From assembly GCA_965371785.1 (NCBI GenBank), contig CBDUZS010000002.1:2362-66361 (forward strand): DNA of 64,000 nt. The letters are read 5' to 3'. Positions 1 to 9,484 of this stretch are shown here, one piece after another. Made by a program: the position numbers and the translations under genes. The notes beneath the pieces are model-generated. The model was not told where the DNA came from and did no database searches. It was given only the letters and a program-made list of their open reading frames with translations. Numbering within the stretch: the stretch's first letter is position 1; every line of letters starts with the position of its first letter. The DNA is from an uncultured bacterium. GTDB taxonomy: Bacteria; Fermentibacterota; Fermentibacteria; Fermentibacterales; JCC-6.

Positions 1-575
1 TCCGACAACGCGATGATGGCTGCTGCAAGAGTCTCCTGCATGGGTGCTTCCACCGACTTGGCCCGGTACCCTCTCCTGTGCAGAGAACCTCCGGAAGTAT
101 CCAGCCTTATGCAGGCTTTGTTCCGGTGTATTCTCAGATTGATCCAGACGTCGGGAGACACGGTGTCAACATTCGGTCTTCGTCCATGATGTTCCACGAA
201 CCAGTCCGCAATCGCATCCTTCAGCCGAAGGGCTGCAAAACGGGAGTGTCTGATATTCGAGTCGGATACCGAGGAGAAGATGGCGAACGTGCCGTCAGGA
301 GAGAGAATTTCTGACCAGTTCAGTGATGATGCTGTCCGGTACAGATATTTGTCTGAGTGACAGTCGAAGGTGATAAGAGGGGCCAGTATCCTGGTGAAGA
401 AGCGGGACAGGTAATTGATCCTGTACATCGTTGAGATGTCGGCATTGAAGAACATCCCCCTGAACGTTCTCCTGGGTCCGGTTGCTCCGAGCCGAAGCAG
501 TTCACTCTCCCCGAGCTCCTCCATGCCATCTGCAAGGAGGCCGAAGTAAAGGCTGTTCTTCTGATATTCGAACAA
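1..575 (-). CDS. THUMP-domain class I SAM-dependent RNA methyltransferase (RlmL/UPF0020-like). N-terminal part only; the C-terminus lies beyond the window start.
   Basis: Minus-strand frame is open from a TTG at 575 to position 1. It translates to MFEYQKNSLYFGLLADGMEELGESELLRLGATG...SLHRRGYRAKSVEAPMQETLAAAIIAL. This gives a THUMP-like N-terminus followed by the LHxRGYR...ETLAAA motif typical of RlmL-type methyltransferases. It lies 25 nt downstream of the nitroreductase gene on the same strand. Confidence 0.55.
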   Translation of the reverse strand, partial: MFEYQKNSLYFGLLADGMEELGESELLRLGATGPRRTFRGMFFNADISTMYRINYLSRFFTRILAPLITFDCHSDKYLYRTASSLNWSEILSPDGTFAIFSSVSDSNIRHSRFAALRLKDAIADWFVEHHGRRPNVDTVSPDVWINLRIHRNKACIRLDTSGGSLHRRGYRAKSVEAPMQETLAAAIIALS

Positions 576-600
576 GATAACTCCCTGGCAGAGAAGCAGA

Positions 601-1107
601 CTACCAGCTGTTCAGGTGGATTCTTCGGCTATCGAATCTGTCCTCGGGCTCGGGGTTCTCACCGGGCACTCCGATGGAAACGAGTGAGACGGGCAGCACG
701 TGATCGGGTAGTTTGAAGAGCAGGCGCATCCCGTTGATTCTCTCAGGCTTTGGATAGACACCGAGCCAGACTGCACCCAGTCCCTGTGCGACGGCTTCGA
801 GCAGGATGTTCTGTGTGACGGCAGCACAGTCCTGGGCAATGTACCCGGGGTTGTCCTGTCTGGAAGTATCGCCGCAAACCAGTATGACAGCGGAGGCTCC
901 GGGCACCATGGACGAGTACGGATGGTATTCCGGAATCCTGTTGAGGATATCCCTGTCCGTCACGAGAACGAACTCCCATGGCTGAAGATTCCTTGCCGAA
1001 GGAGCCTGCATCCCCGCTCTGAGGAGCTCTTCGAGAACATCCCTGGAAACTGCTTCTCCCGTGTACTTTCTTACGCTTCTCCGGCACCTTATGACATCCA
1101 GCATCAA
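601..1107 (-). CDS. nitroreductase family protein (FMN-dependent NAD(P)H oxidoreductase)
   Basis: 168 aa. Contains the RRSVRKY motif, LLRAGMQAPSARNLQPWEFVLV and a conserved C-terminal PxGxP region. Overlaps the upstream CotH-like gene by 4 nt (ATGA). Confidence 0.85.
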   Translation of the reverse strand: MMLDVIRCRRSVRKYTGEAVSRDVLEELLRAGMQAPSARNLQPWEFVLVTDRDILNRIPEYHPYSSMVPGASAVILVCGDTSRQDNPGYIAQDCAAVTQNILLEAVAQGLGAVWLGVYPKPERINGMRLLFKLPDHVLPVSLVSIGVPGENPEPEDRFDSRRIHLNSW

Positions 1108-2705
1108 TCGTCCTCCAGTTCGAACAGGTAATCCACAACGTGAGAATCTATGTACTCGATCCTCCTCTCCGTGAGTGAGACGACACCGAAGACGAATCTG
1201 CCGTTGCCGAGGTAGACCGTTTTCTCCCAGTTCCCGTGAAAGGACTCGATCGGAAAGGCTGCTGTCTCACCGAAGTACATCCTGTCACCGTTCATGACAC
1301 AGGGGGTGAGGAGGTCATGCAGCTCGCGAGCCCTGGAACCGATGAAATCAAGGTTGAAGAATTCTCTTCGCAGGAGATCCACGTAGGCTGCGAAAGCAAG
1401 CCTGTACTCGGGCTCGGCAAACACCCTCCTGTAAAGCGCAAGCCCCGGTTCCCGCCCGTGAAGCGAGTACAGGGGGTGATTCGCCTGCATATCGGGAGGA
1501 CCGAACAGCCCCCAGGAGTCGTTCACGTCCCATGGTATCCATTCGAAGAGATCCGATTCAGGATTATGGAAAAGGAAGTAGTTGTTTCCAGTGTAAGGAT
1601 AGATATCGAGATTTGAACACATGACAACACATGCCATGTAACGGAGAAAGCCGTCGACTCCGAAGACATCTTCCAGGGCCGCGCGGAATTCTCCGCCGGA
1701 GCCGTATTCGATGCCGTCAACGATCCTGCAGAGGTTGATGACGTCCTCGTAATCCGGAAGGGTGTCTCCGCTCATCAGACGGTAGCATTCCTGTCCGTGG
1801 GGAGTCGGATAGTCTTCTATTGCCTCTCCCCAGTAGTGCAGGTCGGCAGAGCCTTCCTCCCAGGCGTAAGCCTTGTAGAGGTTTCCGCTCCTGTTCTCCC
1901 TGCCGAACCTGTTGGCCAGGAATTTCCTGTCAACTCTCTCGACCATCGAGTACACTCCCCAGAATTCCAGTGGAGCGTCATCCCTGCCTATCCAGAACTC
2001 GACGTATCGGATATGGCTTGCGGGAACACCGGCAAAACGGAGCATGTCGAAAGCCAGCTTCTCACGTATCATGGATGGATCGTTGAAGAAATTATTGAAG
2101 AGAAGCTGCTTGAGATTTCTGAACTCCTGTCCGGGCACGAACGCGTTGGTGTCTATCCGCCAGGGCTTCTTCAGGCCTGACTCCCACAACGAACGGTGGC
2201 CCCTCATGCTGAAGCCAATTGTGGAAAGTGTGTCACCTAAGATCACTGCATCGGCAGGAACTTCTATCTCAGCAGATGGGTCGGACCACATCAGTTCCCA
2301 GTTCTCTGCAGTGAGTCGGATCTCGACTCTCCCAACGTGTGAGTCATCGAATATCTGCCGGTAATCGACGCTGCTGAGAGCTGGATCTCTGACGATCACG
2401 GAAAGAGTATCGTGTGAAACCTGACCGATTGCATCGGTGATCTGCAGGACGACGGGGTACTCTCCGGCCTTTTCAAAGGTGATACTGCTGTACCCCTCCG
2501 TTCCGGTCGCGTCCGTCTCGAACGAACCGTCAGCGTCCAGATCCCATCGCAGGGAAGTGATTCCCCGGAACCCCGAACTGCCGAAGGAGCTCAGATGAAC
2601 GGTAAGAGGAGCCCAGCCGTTTCCCGGCATCGCCCATGCCCGGGCGACGGCATCGGTGTCGGCGGAAGCGAACAGGATCAGGCACAGAAGCGGGCATGCG
2701 ATCAT
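1104..2705 (-). CDS. secreted CotH-family (atypical kinase-like) protein with N-terminal PKD-like domain
   Basis: 533 aa. N-terminal signal peptide (MIACPLLCLILFASADT). PKD-like LRWDLDADGSFETDATG segment. The C-terminal ~400 aa resemble the CotH spore-coat kinase family (GNNYFLFHNPESDLFEWIPWDVNDSWG). Confidence 0.65.
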   Translation of the reverse strand: MIACPLLCLILFASADTDAVARAWAMPGNGWAPLTVHLSSFGSSGFRGITSLRWDLDADGSFETDATGTEGYSSITFEKAGEYPVVLQITDAIGQVSHDTLSVIVRDPALSSVDYRQIFDDSHVGRVEIRLTAENWELMWSDPSAEIEVPADAVILGDTLSTIGFSMRGHRSLWESGLKKPWRIDTNAFVPGQEFRNLKQLLFNNFFNDPSMIREKLAFDMLRFAGVPASHIRYVEFWIGRDDAPLEFWGVYSMVERVDRKFLANRFGRENRSGNLYKAYAWEEGSADLHYWGEAIEDYPTPHGQECYRLMSGDTLPDYEDVINLCRIVDGIEYGSGGEFRAALEDVFGVDGFLRYMACVVMCSNLDIYPYTGNNYFLFHNPESDLFEWIPWDVNDSWGLFGPPDMQANHPLYSLHGREPGLALYRRVFAEPEYRLAFAAYVDLLRREFFNLDFIGSRARELHDLLTPCVMNGDRMYFGETAAFPIESFHGNWEKTVYLGNGRFVFGVVSLTERRIEYIDSHVVDYLFELEDD

Positions 2706-2767
2706 TACGGAACTCCTCCTGCGAAAAACTTTGTCGGCTTACCGGACGTCGTCAGGATTATTGAGGA

Positions 2768-4380
2768 TCAGATCGGGAGGAACCAGGTTATTTTCGTGTA
2801 GAAACCGTAATCCGGGTTGTGGAAATCACCGTTCTCGTCTGCTTCGAAAACATTTTCCGCAAGGAAGTACAGCATGCTTCCCGGTCTGTACTCCCAGGAG
2901 AAGAGCATATTTGCCGTTATCTCCCTGGTCTCGCTTCTCTCCGAAAGCCTGTAGTCCATAGCGAATTCGGAGTACTGTGAGAAGATCCTGAGGTTCATGC
3001 AGGGGCTGAACATGTAATTCATCCTGAGAACAATCGATCTCCAGTCGGTATCGCGGCTGTCGAATCCGTACACGTCCGGGTCCCAGTTGAAGTACTCCGC
3101 ATCCCTGGTCCGGAAGAATTGACCCTCGAGACGCAGCTCTAGCGCTGATGAAGGCCGGAATCTCAGGTTGGCCATGTAGTTGCCGAACGTACTTCCGGAG
3201 CCCCACTGGCCGCCGCCGATGCCTCCCCAGAGAGAGAAGGGATCGAACGGACTGGTTCCACTATCGAGGAAGTAATGAAATGCTCCATCGTAGTAATGTC
3301 CTTCCGGGCCTTCGTAGGGATCGAATCTGTCAGCGTCGCAGGTTAGATCGAGCCCGAACCGCAGCCCGCTCTTCAGACTCGCATGTGAACCCAGGCTCAG
3401 GTTTCTTGCAGTGGTCTCACCGTCCTCGAGCCTGGAGTAGTACGCATTGCCCCCGAAACCAACCTCGCTGAACGTCTGCTCCGGACGGATGTTGTTCCAT
3501 ACGTGAGCCCACGCTTCGTAGTATCCTGTTTCGGTCGTGAAACCCGTTCCGTTCACGTTGAAGTCCTCTTCCACGTACTGTCCTCCGGCCCCGTAGGAGA
3601 AGGTGCTGTTGATCCTGTCGATATTCAGTCGGCAGGCGCTGCCCTCACCGGCTCCGCTGTTCCAGCTCCTTCCGGCTGCCGTGCTCACCAGGTGATTTCC
3701 CGGCAATTCTATAGCGCCATCCAGAGCAAGCGCGCGATTGTGCTCCGAATCGAAAGTTTCCTGCTCCCAGGATTCCCTGGAAACGGCCGAGATGCCAAGA
3801 TAGCTGTGGGAGCCGAGCTGTTTGTAACCGCGTAATATTCCGTAATTCGCAGCAGGTTCTGCCAGTGTGGTGTCATCCTCCCAGACCCTCGAAGTTACCG
3901 CATCGATCAGGCCGAACCTGAAACCGTCACCGAACGAACCGGATACCTTGGCTCCACCGATTATCGGGATCACCTCACCGTTCGGTGCTATGGCTCCTAT
4001 CCTTCTGGAATAGAACATGTTGAATGGCATCTGGAAGACGCCTCTCGATCGAGAAAGAATGGGCGTCTGTCCTGGAGGAAGAGCTCGAAATGTGAGAGGT
4101 TCATCTCGACGGCATCTGCCTAGATCTGTCCGAAGTCGGGGTTGAAGGTGAAGTCGGATGTGATTCCGCTCGACAGACCGACCTTCAGGTCGACTCCCGC
4201 TTCGAACGTGTTCTCCCAGGTATCATCGATGTCCGTATGGAACTCTCTTGCCGAGCCGTAGGGACGAACCTCTGCTCCAAGGGAACGGTTCCGAGGAGTG
4301 ATAGTAACAATGCTGTCGCCGTCATGATGCTCCCATCGGATGACAGCAGGGAAGGTATACATTTTCCGCAGGCAGTTCAA
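2768..4380 (-). pseudogene. DUF5916-family (CBM9-associated outer-membrane-like) gene remnant. It has an in-frame amber stop at 4120–4122, a frameshift near 4022–4048, and lacks the N-terminal carbohydrate-binding region.
   Basis: Two adjacent minus-strand ORFs (4380→4120 and 4030→2768). The first ends ...FTFNPDFGQI*. It resumes in the same frame as ADAVEMNLSHFELFLQDRRPFFLD, then needs a 1-nt frame change to continue into ...FNMFYSRRIGAIAPNGEV. NPDF(S/G)Q(V/I)EAD, FELF...RPFFL and FYSRRIG are hallmark DUF5916 motifs (recalled from memory, not searched). Only ~80 aa precede the NPDFGQ motif, whereas family members have a ~250-aa N-terminal region. Confidence 0.5.
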
Positions 4381-4533
4381 ATGTACCTACTCCAAGAGGA
4401 GAATCCAAATAAAGTCTGTTTATGTATGTAGATAAAGGGTAAACACATTGATCTCAAAAAAAAGACAGAGGGCTGGTTCCCGCTGATACCCTTACATATC
4501 TTCTGATGCAGTGTCCATTGAAAATGACGTTCT

Positions 4534-6828
4534 GTGATTCAACGAAAGGTTGTGATTATGTCTTGTATTTTTCTTGTACTCAGCATAGGGCTCATTTCGG
4601 GAGTCCCCGCCGGTCATGGTGAGTGGATCTCACTGGGAGGGGAGATAAGCGATCCTGTGGAGGTGGTTCTCCTCGAATCGTCTACCGAGGGCTTTACGGT
4701 GTCACTGGAACTGCCTGGGTTCACCATGACGGAAACACCGGGCGGCGGGGGAGTCTACTACCGGCTCGCGCTGCTCGAAAACCCCTGCAACTGGGACTCG
4801 CCAGGAATGCCTGAAGTACCGTTACTGCCTTCTCTGATAGGAATTCCTCATGGATGCACGGCGGTTGTCTCTTCGGTCGAGATGGAGACCGTCGTCTTCG
4901 AGAACATCATGCTCTACCCGGTACAGGAACCCGCTACGGATCATGAGTATTACACCGGTTCTTTCGTAATGGACGGTGATGCCTATCAGTCCTCCGAGCC
5001 TTACCCCGCTGAATCCGCGGCATTCGACCTGCCCGGTGTCTGGTCAGGTGTCGACGTAGCCAGACTCGTGCTCTCTCCGTTCAGGTACACCGCGAGCGAT
5101 CACACTCTGGAGGTCGCCAGCAGCATGATCGTGACGGTTTCATTCGAGGGACCGCACGATATCCAGACACCCGTCAGCCCCGCGATACAGCGGATTCACA
5201 AGACCCAGATCATCAACTACGAATCACTCGGGATACCTGAGGCGGATGCTACGGATGCCGACGACCCCATCTACATCGTGATCACGACGGATGAAAACCT
5301 CGAGTTCATCACCCCGCTCCTCCAGGTCGACCACGTCCTCGGCCATCACATGCAGATAGAAGTTCTTGCCGAGGGCTCGACCTCGAGCCAGATAATGAGC
5401 GCCATAACTTCGAACTACGAAGCGGGTATAACGAGGTTCGTTCTCATAGTGGCACGCCATCAGGAACTGCCGTCCTTCAATTACGGGGGCTTCTACGGGG
5501 ATTTTTTCTACTCCAATCTCGAGGCCGGAAACTACCCGGATGTGGGGCTCGGAAGGATTGCCGAAGCGCCTCCGGAGAACATAACGAACCAGGTCAACAA
5601 GATTCTTTCCTTCATCGGTTACACCGGTACTCCCGGTGAAGTCCCGATCTCGGCCAGCTGTGCGGCTGCCGCGCACGAAGAAGGCTACCCCGGTGGATAC
5701 ACCTCCAATAAGAACTCGATTGTGAACTGGCCCTACTCGGCTCTGGACATTGAATTCACTACGTTCTACCCGAACGAGGGCGCGACGGCCGAGGCGCTGC
5801 AGGCACTCATCAACGAGGGAATCGGCAGTGTGAACTACCGCGGTCATGGATCCGTTACCGTCTGGCAGTGGGGTCCCGGCTGGAACACCGGCAGAATCTA
5901 CAATCTGGAAAACACTTTCTTTCCGGTTGTATTCAACATCGCCTGCCTCAACGGCAATCACACGGCTATTTACAACTGCCTCTGCCAGAGCTGGATGGAT
6001 GCCGACAACAAGGGCGCCAGCGGTAATTTCGGCGCAAGCGCTTCTTCCTACACTACCGCTAACCACAGGCTTGACAGGGCTATTTACTGGACTCTCTACG
6101 ACGACGAGATATCCGCAGCCGGAGAGGCCATGGCGGACGCGGTCATCAACATGATCAACTACACGGGTGGCCTTGGAATAACCAACTCACACATGTACCA
6201 CTGGTTCGGCGATCCGGCCATGGACATCGTCACTACCGATGAGCTCGGCGCCCCATTTGCTCTCGTTCTGGGCGGTAACGGGGCAATAGGTCCCGGCGCT
6301 CAGAGCGAGACCTATACGGTCGTGAGCGACGGCTCTCCAGTCGAGGGTGTCACGGTCACGGCGTCCGATGGTATCGGCAACCATCCCGACGATATCGAGA
6401 ATTTCTACGAGTCGGGAACCACAAACTCCTCAGGACAGGTTACACTGAGCTTCACCTCCGTCGAGAATGACGACATCACAGTGGGCGCCTGGAAGCACAA
6501 CTACGTCTACGACACCATGATCGTGACCGTTGGAGGTACGGGAACGGGTGGCGCTGAAAACGATCCGATGCTGTTCATCTCCTCGCCTCGCCCGAACCCC
6601 TGCCGAAGCGTGGCTTCACTTGATTACACGCTTCCATCGACCGGTTATGCAGATCTCTACGTCATGGACCTGTCCGGCAGGAGGGTTTCCACACTCGTGT
6701 CCGGAGAACTTGCAGAGGGTGCTCATTCGGTATCGTGGGATACAACGGAAGTACCTTCAGGGCTTTACTTCGTAAGACTTGCCACAGCCGATGGAATCGC
6801 CACAGCCAGGTTGATGGTCGTGAAGTAG
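4534..6828 (+). CDS. peptidase C25 (gingipain-like cysteine protease) with T9SS C-terminal sorting domain
   Basis: 764 aa. Signal peptide. Catalytic His/Cys dyad context (NYRGHGS ... FNIACLNGNH). C-terminal ~80 aa Por/T9SS CTD (LYVMDLSGRRVSTLVSGELAEGAHSVSWDTTEVPSGLYFVRLATADGIATARLMVVK). AT-rich upstream region at 4380–4533. Confidence 0.85.
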   Translation: MIQRKVVIMSCIFLVLSIGLISGVPAGHGEWISLGGEISDPVEVVLLESSTEGFTVSLELPGFTMTETPGGGGVYYRLALLENPCNWDSPGMPEVPLLPSLIGIPHGCTAVVSSVEMETVVFENIMLYPVQEPATDHEYYTGSFVMDGDAYQSSEPYPAESAAFDLPGVWSGVDVARLVLSPFRYTASDHTLEVASSMIVTVSFEGPHDIQTPVSPAIQRIHKTQIINYESLGIPEADATDADDPIYIVITTDENLEFITPLLQVDHVLGHHMQIEVLAEGSTSSQIMSAITSNYEAGITRFVLIVARHQELPSFNYGGFYGDFFYSNLEAGNYPDVGLGRIAEAPPENITNQVNKILSFIGYTGTPGEVPISASCAAAAHEEGYPGGYTSNKNSIVNWPYSALDIEFTTFYPNEGATAEALQALINEGIGSVNYRGHGSVTVWQWGPGWNTGRIYNLENTFFPVVFNIACLNGNHTAIYNCLCQSWMDADNKGASGNFGASASSYTTANHRLDRAIYWTLYDDEISAAGEAMADAVINMINYTGGLGITNSHMYHWFGDPAMDIVTTDELGAPFALVLGGNGAIGPGAQSETYTVVSDGSPVEGVTVTASDGIGNHPDDIENFYESGTTNSSGQVTLSFTSVENDDITVGAWKHNYVYDTMIVTVGGTGTGGAENDPMLFISSPRPNPCRSVASLDYTLPSTGYADLYVMDLSGRRVSTLVSGELAEGAHSVSWDTTEVPSGLYFVRLATADGIATARLMVVK

Positions 6829-6866
6829 CAGATTGTCGATGCTCGAACCTGGAAGAGGAATCTGAA

Positions 6867-7163
6867 ATGAAGAGAACACTTGCAGCTGTCCTCCTGATCG
6901 TGTTCCTGCTTCCGATGACCGCTTGCTACAACCTGACACACGTTGTGGGAACGGGAGGAGAGGGAACGAGAGTAATCGCCGAACAGCGGCAGTGGTTCGC
7001 CATCTTCGGCCTTATCGACATGAACGATGTCGACAGCAAGGAAATGTCCGACAACGTCGTCAACTACACCGTCGTGTCCGAGATGACGACCGTTGACTTC
7101 ATCATCAGCATTTTCACTTCTCTTGCCACCATTCAATGCTGCACGGTGAGGGTGATAGACTAA
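6867..7163 (+). CDS. small lipoprotein, Bor-family-like
   Basis: 99 aa. Lipobox LLPMTAC. Core WFAIFGLIDMNDVD...VVNYTVVSEMTTVDFIISIFTSLATIQCCTVRV parallels the lambda Bor lipoprotein pattern (FVSGIGQ...VKTETQQTFVNGLLGFITLGIYTPLEARVYC). The upstream GGAAGAGG sequence is a candidate RBS. Confidence 0.5.
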   Translation: MKRTLAAVLLIVFLLPMTACYNLTHVVGTGGEGTRVIAEQRQWFAIFGLIDMNDVDSKEMSDNVVNYTVVSEMTTVDFIISIFTSLATIQCCTVRVID

Positions 7164-7170
7164 TACCTCG

Positions 7171-8142
7171 ATGAACCGATCGAGCAGACGCCTCCTGCTT
7201 ACCGGTGCAGCTGGTGCGGTAATCGCACTGGTATGCAGTTCGTGTCTGCTTGGAGGAGAACCTGCTCCCGGCTACCCGGGATACCTCCTGCGGACCTTTG
7301 ACTGTTCCGGATACGGTGAACCTGCCGCATGCTGCTTCTCCAGCGACGGTCTGTACGCTGTAGCATCGGCAGGGAAGACCCTTCTCTTCTTCGAGCTCCG
7401 GCACGGCAACCTATCGGGAAACATCACTCTCGATTCCGACGTGATCGCAGTTGTCAGCGTTCCCGGAGGGGACCAGCTGCTGGTCCTCTCCGAGCAGAGA
7501 CTCTTCGTTGTGAGTCAGTCAGGTTTCACGGTGACCGGTGATGTGGAACTTGCTGGCGCTGGGGCCTGGTTATCGATATCACCCGATGGCGCTTCGGCAT
7601 GGGTGCTTCATACCGATGGGTTCATTACCCGCCTTGCTCCTTCCGACTGGAGTGTCCTCTCGCACGAATGGACCGGAATCGATGCACCATCAGGTCTGAC
7701 GGTATCGGGTGACGGGGCGTCACTGTTCGTGGGCAGTAACGGAGATTCCACGATCTGCAGGCTTTCAGCCCCGGGTCTGGAACGAACGGGACAATGCGAA
7801 GTCTACAACACGGTCATTTCCCTTTTCAAGGGGCCTGACGGTATGCTGTGTGCACTCGTAGACGGCAGCAACGAGATCTGGTTCGTCGATGAGAGCAGCT
7901 GTACGGTTGATTACATGATGACCGTTCCGGATGTTCCGGTATGTGGAGCATCCATGCCGGATGGCAGCTTTGCGTACGCAGGAGTTCCGGGAACGGGGCT
8001 CGTGGTCTGCAGCAGTAGCGGTGAGCTCGTGCTCAAAACGGCTGTTTACGGTCTTCCGGGCAGTGTAACGCTCGAAAGTGAGGGCTGGAATGCCTTGATC
8101 TGTTCCACGGAGCAGATGAGCATCAGTATTCTGGAAAAGTAG
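7171..8142 (+). CDS. secreted hypothetical protein with beta-propeller-like repeats
   Basis: 323 aa. N-terminal signal/TM (LLLTGAAGAVIALVCSSC). Repeated SxDG..L/V blocks (SSDGLYAVAS, SPDGASAWVL, SGDGASLFVG, GPDGMLCALV, MPDGSFAYAG) resemble YVTN/WD40-like blades. Confidence 0.5.
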   Translation: MNRSSRRLLLTGAAGAVIALVCSSCLLGGEPAPGYPGYLLRTFDCSGYGEPAACCFSSDGLYAVASAGKTLLFFELRHGNLSGNITLDSDVIAVVSVPGGDQLLVLSEQRLFVVSQSGFTVTGDVELAGAGAWLSISPDGASAWVLHTDGFITRLAPSDWSVLSHEWTGIDAPSGLTVSGDGASLFVGSNGDSTICRLSAPGLERTGQCEVYNTVISLFKGPDGMLCALVDGSNEIWFVDESSCTVDYMMTVPDVPVCGASMPDGSFAYAGVPGTGLVVCSSSGELVLKTAVYGLPGSVTLESEGWNALICSTEQMSISILEK

Positions 8143-8148
8143 TCTTTA

Positions 8149-9003
8149 TCAGTTTCCCGGTATCACCAGCTCGATGTAAGTATCTTCCCTCAGTACCCTC
8201 AGGGTCAGATCCTGATCCGATGTGACCAGGAGTCCCCTGAGCGTTTCGGGATGGTATACCCTCATTCCGTTTATATCTGTAATCAGGTCTCCCCGTATCA
8301 GCCCTGATACATCCGCAGTGCTGCCCTGGGTAACGGATATGAGGAGGATTCCCGCAGGCCGTCCGTCGAGCTCGGTGCAGGTAAAGGACATGGCAGTGAC
8401 ACCAAAGGGCGGTGTGTTGATCTCGTAGTCGAACATTGCCAGCTGAGCCCACATGTACCAGAGCTGAGTTGGCAGGAGGGCTATCCTGGCGGATCTGACG
8501 TTGTGGGCCTCCGGCACTTCGATGACACCGGTCACGATACCGATGAAACCGTTCTCGTCGTTGAAAACGGGAGCGCCCATCAGACCGGATATCGGTGCGA
8601 CCGAGAGTACGATGGCTCCATCATTGGTCTGTGAGTCCGCATACGCCTGGACGGCAATGATACCTGAGACACTCTGACCGACGATGGTGAGTAGTTCCCC
8701 GATTTCGGGCAGGTCTTCCGATGGGAGCCTGTACGACGAGAAGGTGTCATCGGGGAACCTGAGCATTGATAAACCCATGTCCCTGAAAACGATGACGGAA
8801 TCAGGAAGCAGAGTGGAATCGCCGCTCATCAGGTACGGCGTGCAGTCGTCGCAGAAGGTGAAGAGTGTGATCGCACACTCGGGAGAGATTGCCACCGCGT
8901 TGCATAGCTCGATGTTCCCCGGTGAGACCTCCCTCGCAATGGACACAAGGGGCTCCATGGGCTGAACCCATGAAATAACGAGCGTGGTCAGCAGGAGCAG
9001 CAC
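8149..9003 (-). CDS. HtrA/DegP-like trypsin-fold protein with C-terminal PDZ domain. Catalytic motif degenerate, so probably a non-catalytic pseudo-protease.
   Basis: 284 aa. SGLMGAPVFNDENGFIGIVTG aligns with the HtrA GNSGGALVNLNGELIGINTA box, but the nucleophilic Ser is replaced (GLMGAP instead of GNSGGA). No His-containing TNNHV-like box is apparent upstream. C-terminal PDZ-like segment (GILLISVTQGSTADVSGLIRGDLITDINGMRVYHPETL). Last gene of the ECF sigma/anti-sigma operon. Confidence 0.6.
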   Translation of the reverse strand: MLLLLTTLVISWVQPMEPLVSIAREVSPGNIELCNAVAISPECAITLFTFCDDCTPYLMSGDSTLLPDSVIVFRDMGLSMLRFPDDTFSSYRLPSEDLPEIGELLTIVGQSVSGIIAVQAYADSQTNDGAIVLSVAPISGLMGAPVFNDENGFIGIVTGVIEVPEAHNVRSARIALLPTQLWYMWAQLAMFDYEINTPPFGVTAMSFTCTELDGRPAGILLISVTQGSTADVSGLIRGDLITDINGMRVYHPETLRGLLVTSDQDLTLRVLREDTYIELVIPGN

Positions 9004-9013
9004 GATCCGATTC

Positions 9014-9484
9014 CTAGAAGGTAATCAGAGTTGAAGGCCTTGAATAGGAAAGAAATGGAGATGTGGAGAAGTTGGTCTTGCTCAGGGAGTAAGATGTCTG
9101 AGATTTGCCGGATGTGATTCCCCTGTCTTCAATGTCCCCGGACCTTCGAAGGGGAGCGATGGAGATGAAGAGCAGCACAGCCGCTGCGAACGGCAGTACA
9201 ATCGCGTACTTCTTCAAAGCGGATCTGGTGGGTGAAACGGCAGGGAAGTCATCGGCATCCAGCCTTGCCCTTACCTTGTCGAGGAGATCCTCGGGCGGCG
9301 CAGGCTGGGAGATATCCCGGACGAGCTCCGATATGCTCATGGTCATCTTCAGGGCTGCTCTGCAGGAAGCGCATCCCATGAGATGGAATCTGAGAAGACG
9401 CCTCTGTTTTTCGTTTGCGATACCGTCGACGATGAGATCGATCAGTTTAAGAGCGTGTGTGCAGTTCATTTCCACTGCTCCCAT
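9014..9484 (-). CDS. anti-sigma factor, zf-HC2 type (single-pass membrane)
   Basis: 156 aa. HLMGCASCRAAL matches the H-x3-C-x2-C zinc-finger anti-sigma motif. One TM segment (IVLPFAAAVLLFISIA). Overlaps the 3' end of the ECF sigma gene. Confidence 0.6.
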   Translation of the reverse strand: MGAVEMNCTHALKLIDLIVDGIANEKQRRLLRFHLMGCASCRAALKMTMSISELVRDISQPAPPEDLLDKVRARLDADDFPAVSPTRSALKKYAIVLPFAAAVLLFISIAPLRRSGDIEDRGITSGKSQTSYSLSKTNFSTSPFLSYSRPSTLITF

